DNA of 64,000 nt from Hormiphora californensis. Lineage: Eukaryota; Animalia; Ctenophora. The notes beneath the pieces were generated by a model. That model was not told the origin of the DNA. It saw nothing but the letters and a program-made list of their open reading frames with translations, and searched no databases. The stretch spans positions 7,812,001 through 7,876,000 of the forward strand of contig CM035357.1 in NCBI GenBank assembly GCA_020137815.1. Direction: 5' to 3'. The stretch's first letter is position 1. Every line of letters starts with the position of its first letter. The position numbers and the translations under genes were made by a program. This document shows positions 61,751-64,000 of this stretch, in pieces.

Positions 61751-63421
61751 GAGCTCTCATCACCTCGGGAGATAGAGATAGAAAGGGGGAGGTTGCAGCG
61801 GATTCAAAGAGCCAGCAGCTATACAGCTGATGTGCCCTACGTCAAACAAGTGTGTAACGTGTTAAACTTTGGTCCAAGCAAGGTTTGTCAAGAGGTCTAA
61901 ACGTTATAGGAGCACTCGCAACTATATGTACAAGGAGGACACGCTGACACACAATGTTCTAGAGAGTTCACAGACCAGCCGCTATGAACTGTGAAAGATA
62001 TATCCTGGAATAATATATCCGGTATGACACTATGTGTTAAGCCACAGTGAAATGTTTGACACTACTTACCAAATACGTCATGTGGTATGATATAAATTCC
62101 TATCTCATGCGCTATCTCTAATACACACCCTCACTATTTATATTATAGAGAAGTACTATAGTTTTTACAAACTCCAATGCAGCACTATAACAGTCTAATA
62201 CTACTGGCAGGTTTACTGGATATGTCGTGATGATTATTAGGTGGAATACCTGAAGGTCTTCTTGAAGTACATTCTAGAAACACATTTATCGACTAGGCAG
62301 TTTATTTTCCTGTCGACTATTATAGACTCCATGATACTGCACATGAATGAACCTTCTTATCCACACGCTTTCGTGCACGTTCATTTCTCGCCACACACTC
62401 TGCTCACAACTTCATTTCGCCATACTTAGTTCATACCCTATCGTTCACACTGCTCACACCACCTCCCATACTGTTATCCGCACTGCTCACATGTTCACCA
62501 CTGCTGCACTCGTCACATGTTCACCGCACCTCTCACATTGTTACCAGTGGAAGTTCGGAGTTTCTTCCTCTTCCGTAGACTGGCTCGAATGACTCTCCCT
62601 GCATCATCACTCCTCAGAGGTTCCCCGTTGTTACCGTTAACCTGTGTGTCGGAATTATAACTTCCCCTCTTACAAAGGGTTAAACATGTGCAGGAGTTGT
62701 TAGTTGCACATGTAACAGTTTATCTCAATAATTGAAAGTTGCTGCAATTGAAAGTTCAAGAGCTGCTTCAGAACATTATAGAATGAATTATACAAGAAAA
62801 GAAGTTAAAATAATAAAAAAAAAACTATTAAATCTTCAAACCTCGGCATCAACATTGAATCGAGTAAACTTCTTCATTTCATAATCGACACATGATTAAA
62901 ACTGTCCTATATTATGATCAACTGTATCGGGCTATGTGGAACATATTATGTGAGGGAGATGCAACAATTAAATGTGGGAGAAAACAAAAATCTGCATAAA
63001 ATGCAAGCGCTCAAAAGGACAACATCGGCCGAGTTATTCGCACGTGAGAAATGGATAAAAACCGCACGGGGATCAAGATATAATAACACATCGACACAAA
63101 ACATAGTGTAACAGAGAGGAAGAGAGTCATTGATCGAACTCGAGATCACACGATTTGGTTGCCATGGTAACCACACGACAATGAAACACAGTAGCTCTGA
63201 CAGAAACCCAGGGAAGGCGTTTAGTTACAACAGGCAGAGTTGTGACTATATTCTTAAGTAAAAGCAATGAATCATCAGTATTTTAGAAAGCAAGAAGAAA
63301 TGTGAGAGAAGAAGGAAGATCGAGTATTTGGAATAATTGTGACGGCCATGATCAAGGTGTAACATCAAATATGCTAAGGTCAGAGACCCATATATTCCCA
63401 GCTATGATAATACCATTCCCG

Positions 63422-63426
<5 letters not shown>

Positions 63427-63480
<54 letters not shown>

Positions 63481-63526
63481 CACTCACTTTTTCTCTCTCT
63501 CTCTCTTTCTCTCTATCTCTCTCTCT
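63427..63526. repeat. (CT)n microsatellite
   Basis: Directly visible. Confidence 0.9.
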
Positions 63527-63889
63527 ATCAGTCTCCTGTTCCTGATAATAATCACTTATTAGTAACACCATAACCCCTCCCTTAATCTCTCATCTATAAA
63601 AGTGTCGCTGTTAAAACAATATCACTCCCGACTCAAGTACCCCTGATTAACAAACAGGGAGGGGCAGCTCATGGGAAACACACGAGAAAGAACCAGATCA
63701 TACCAGCTCGAATTATTACCTGGCAGGGATTGTAGGAAAAAGGAATGTGTGTGAGAGATGTGTATATCAATAACCGAATCAGACAGACAGTGTTCCGCAG
63801 CAGGGGGCCTGGGTGAAATTGGGCCTCAGAAACACGTCTCGCGGGTTATGAATACCGATATAGCTCTTTACTAAAGATCAGAGAGAGTG

Positions 63890-64000
<111 letters not shown>

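Overview
Eukaryotic (animal) genomic DNA with short GT-AG introns, microsatellites and antisense genes nested in introns. The style suggests a cydippid ctenophore, but that is inference. About 47 kb of the window is one very large minus-strand, many-exon gene that runs off the left edge. It starts with a signal peptide (ATG 47186), followed by roughly 50 mostly cysteine-free Ig-like domains, four TIL-like Cys-rich repeats and four more Ig-like domains. It then has a full integrin-beta-type ectodomain (PSI, hybrid, beta-I, four I-EGF, beta-tail) whose MIDAS motif is lost. Four plus-strand genes lie inside its introns: a P-loop GTPase with an RBR-RING2-like Cys tail, an SRCR/LDLa-repeat class A GPCR, an F-type-lectin/F5-8C-like secreted protein, and a Shaker-family Kv subunit with altered filter, S4 and gate. 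To the right are a divergently oriented secreted vWA gene, an intronless orphan class A GPCR and a short filamin (2 CH domains plus about 7 repeats). Non-coding DNA holds TTAA-flanked foldback elements, Helitron-type elements, a 5'-truncated LINE, near-perfect palindromes (one built from a tRNA-like unit) and tandem repeats. Exon boundaries were read by eye and are approximate.
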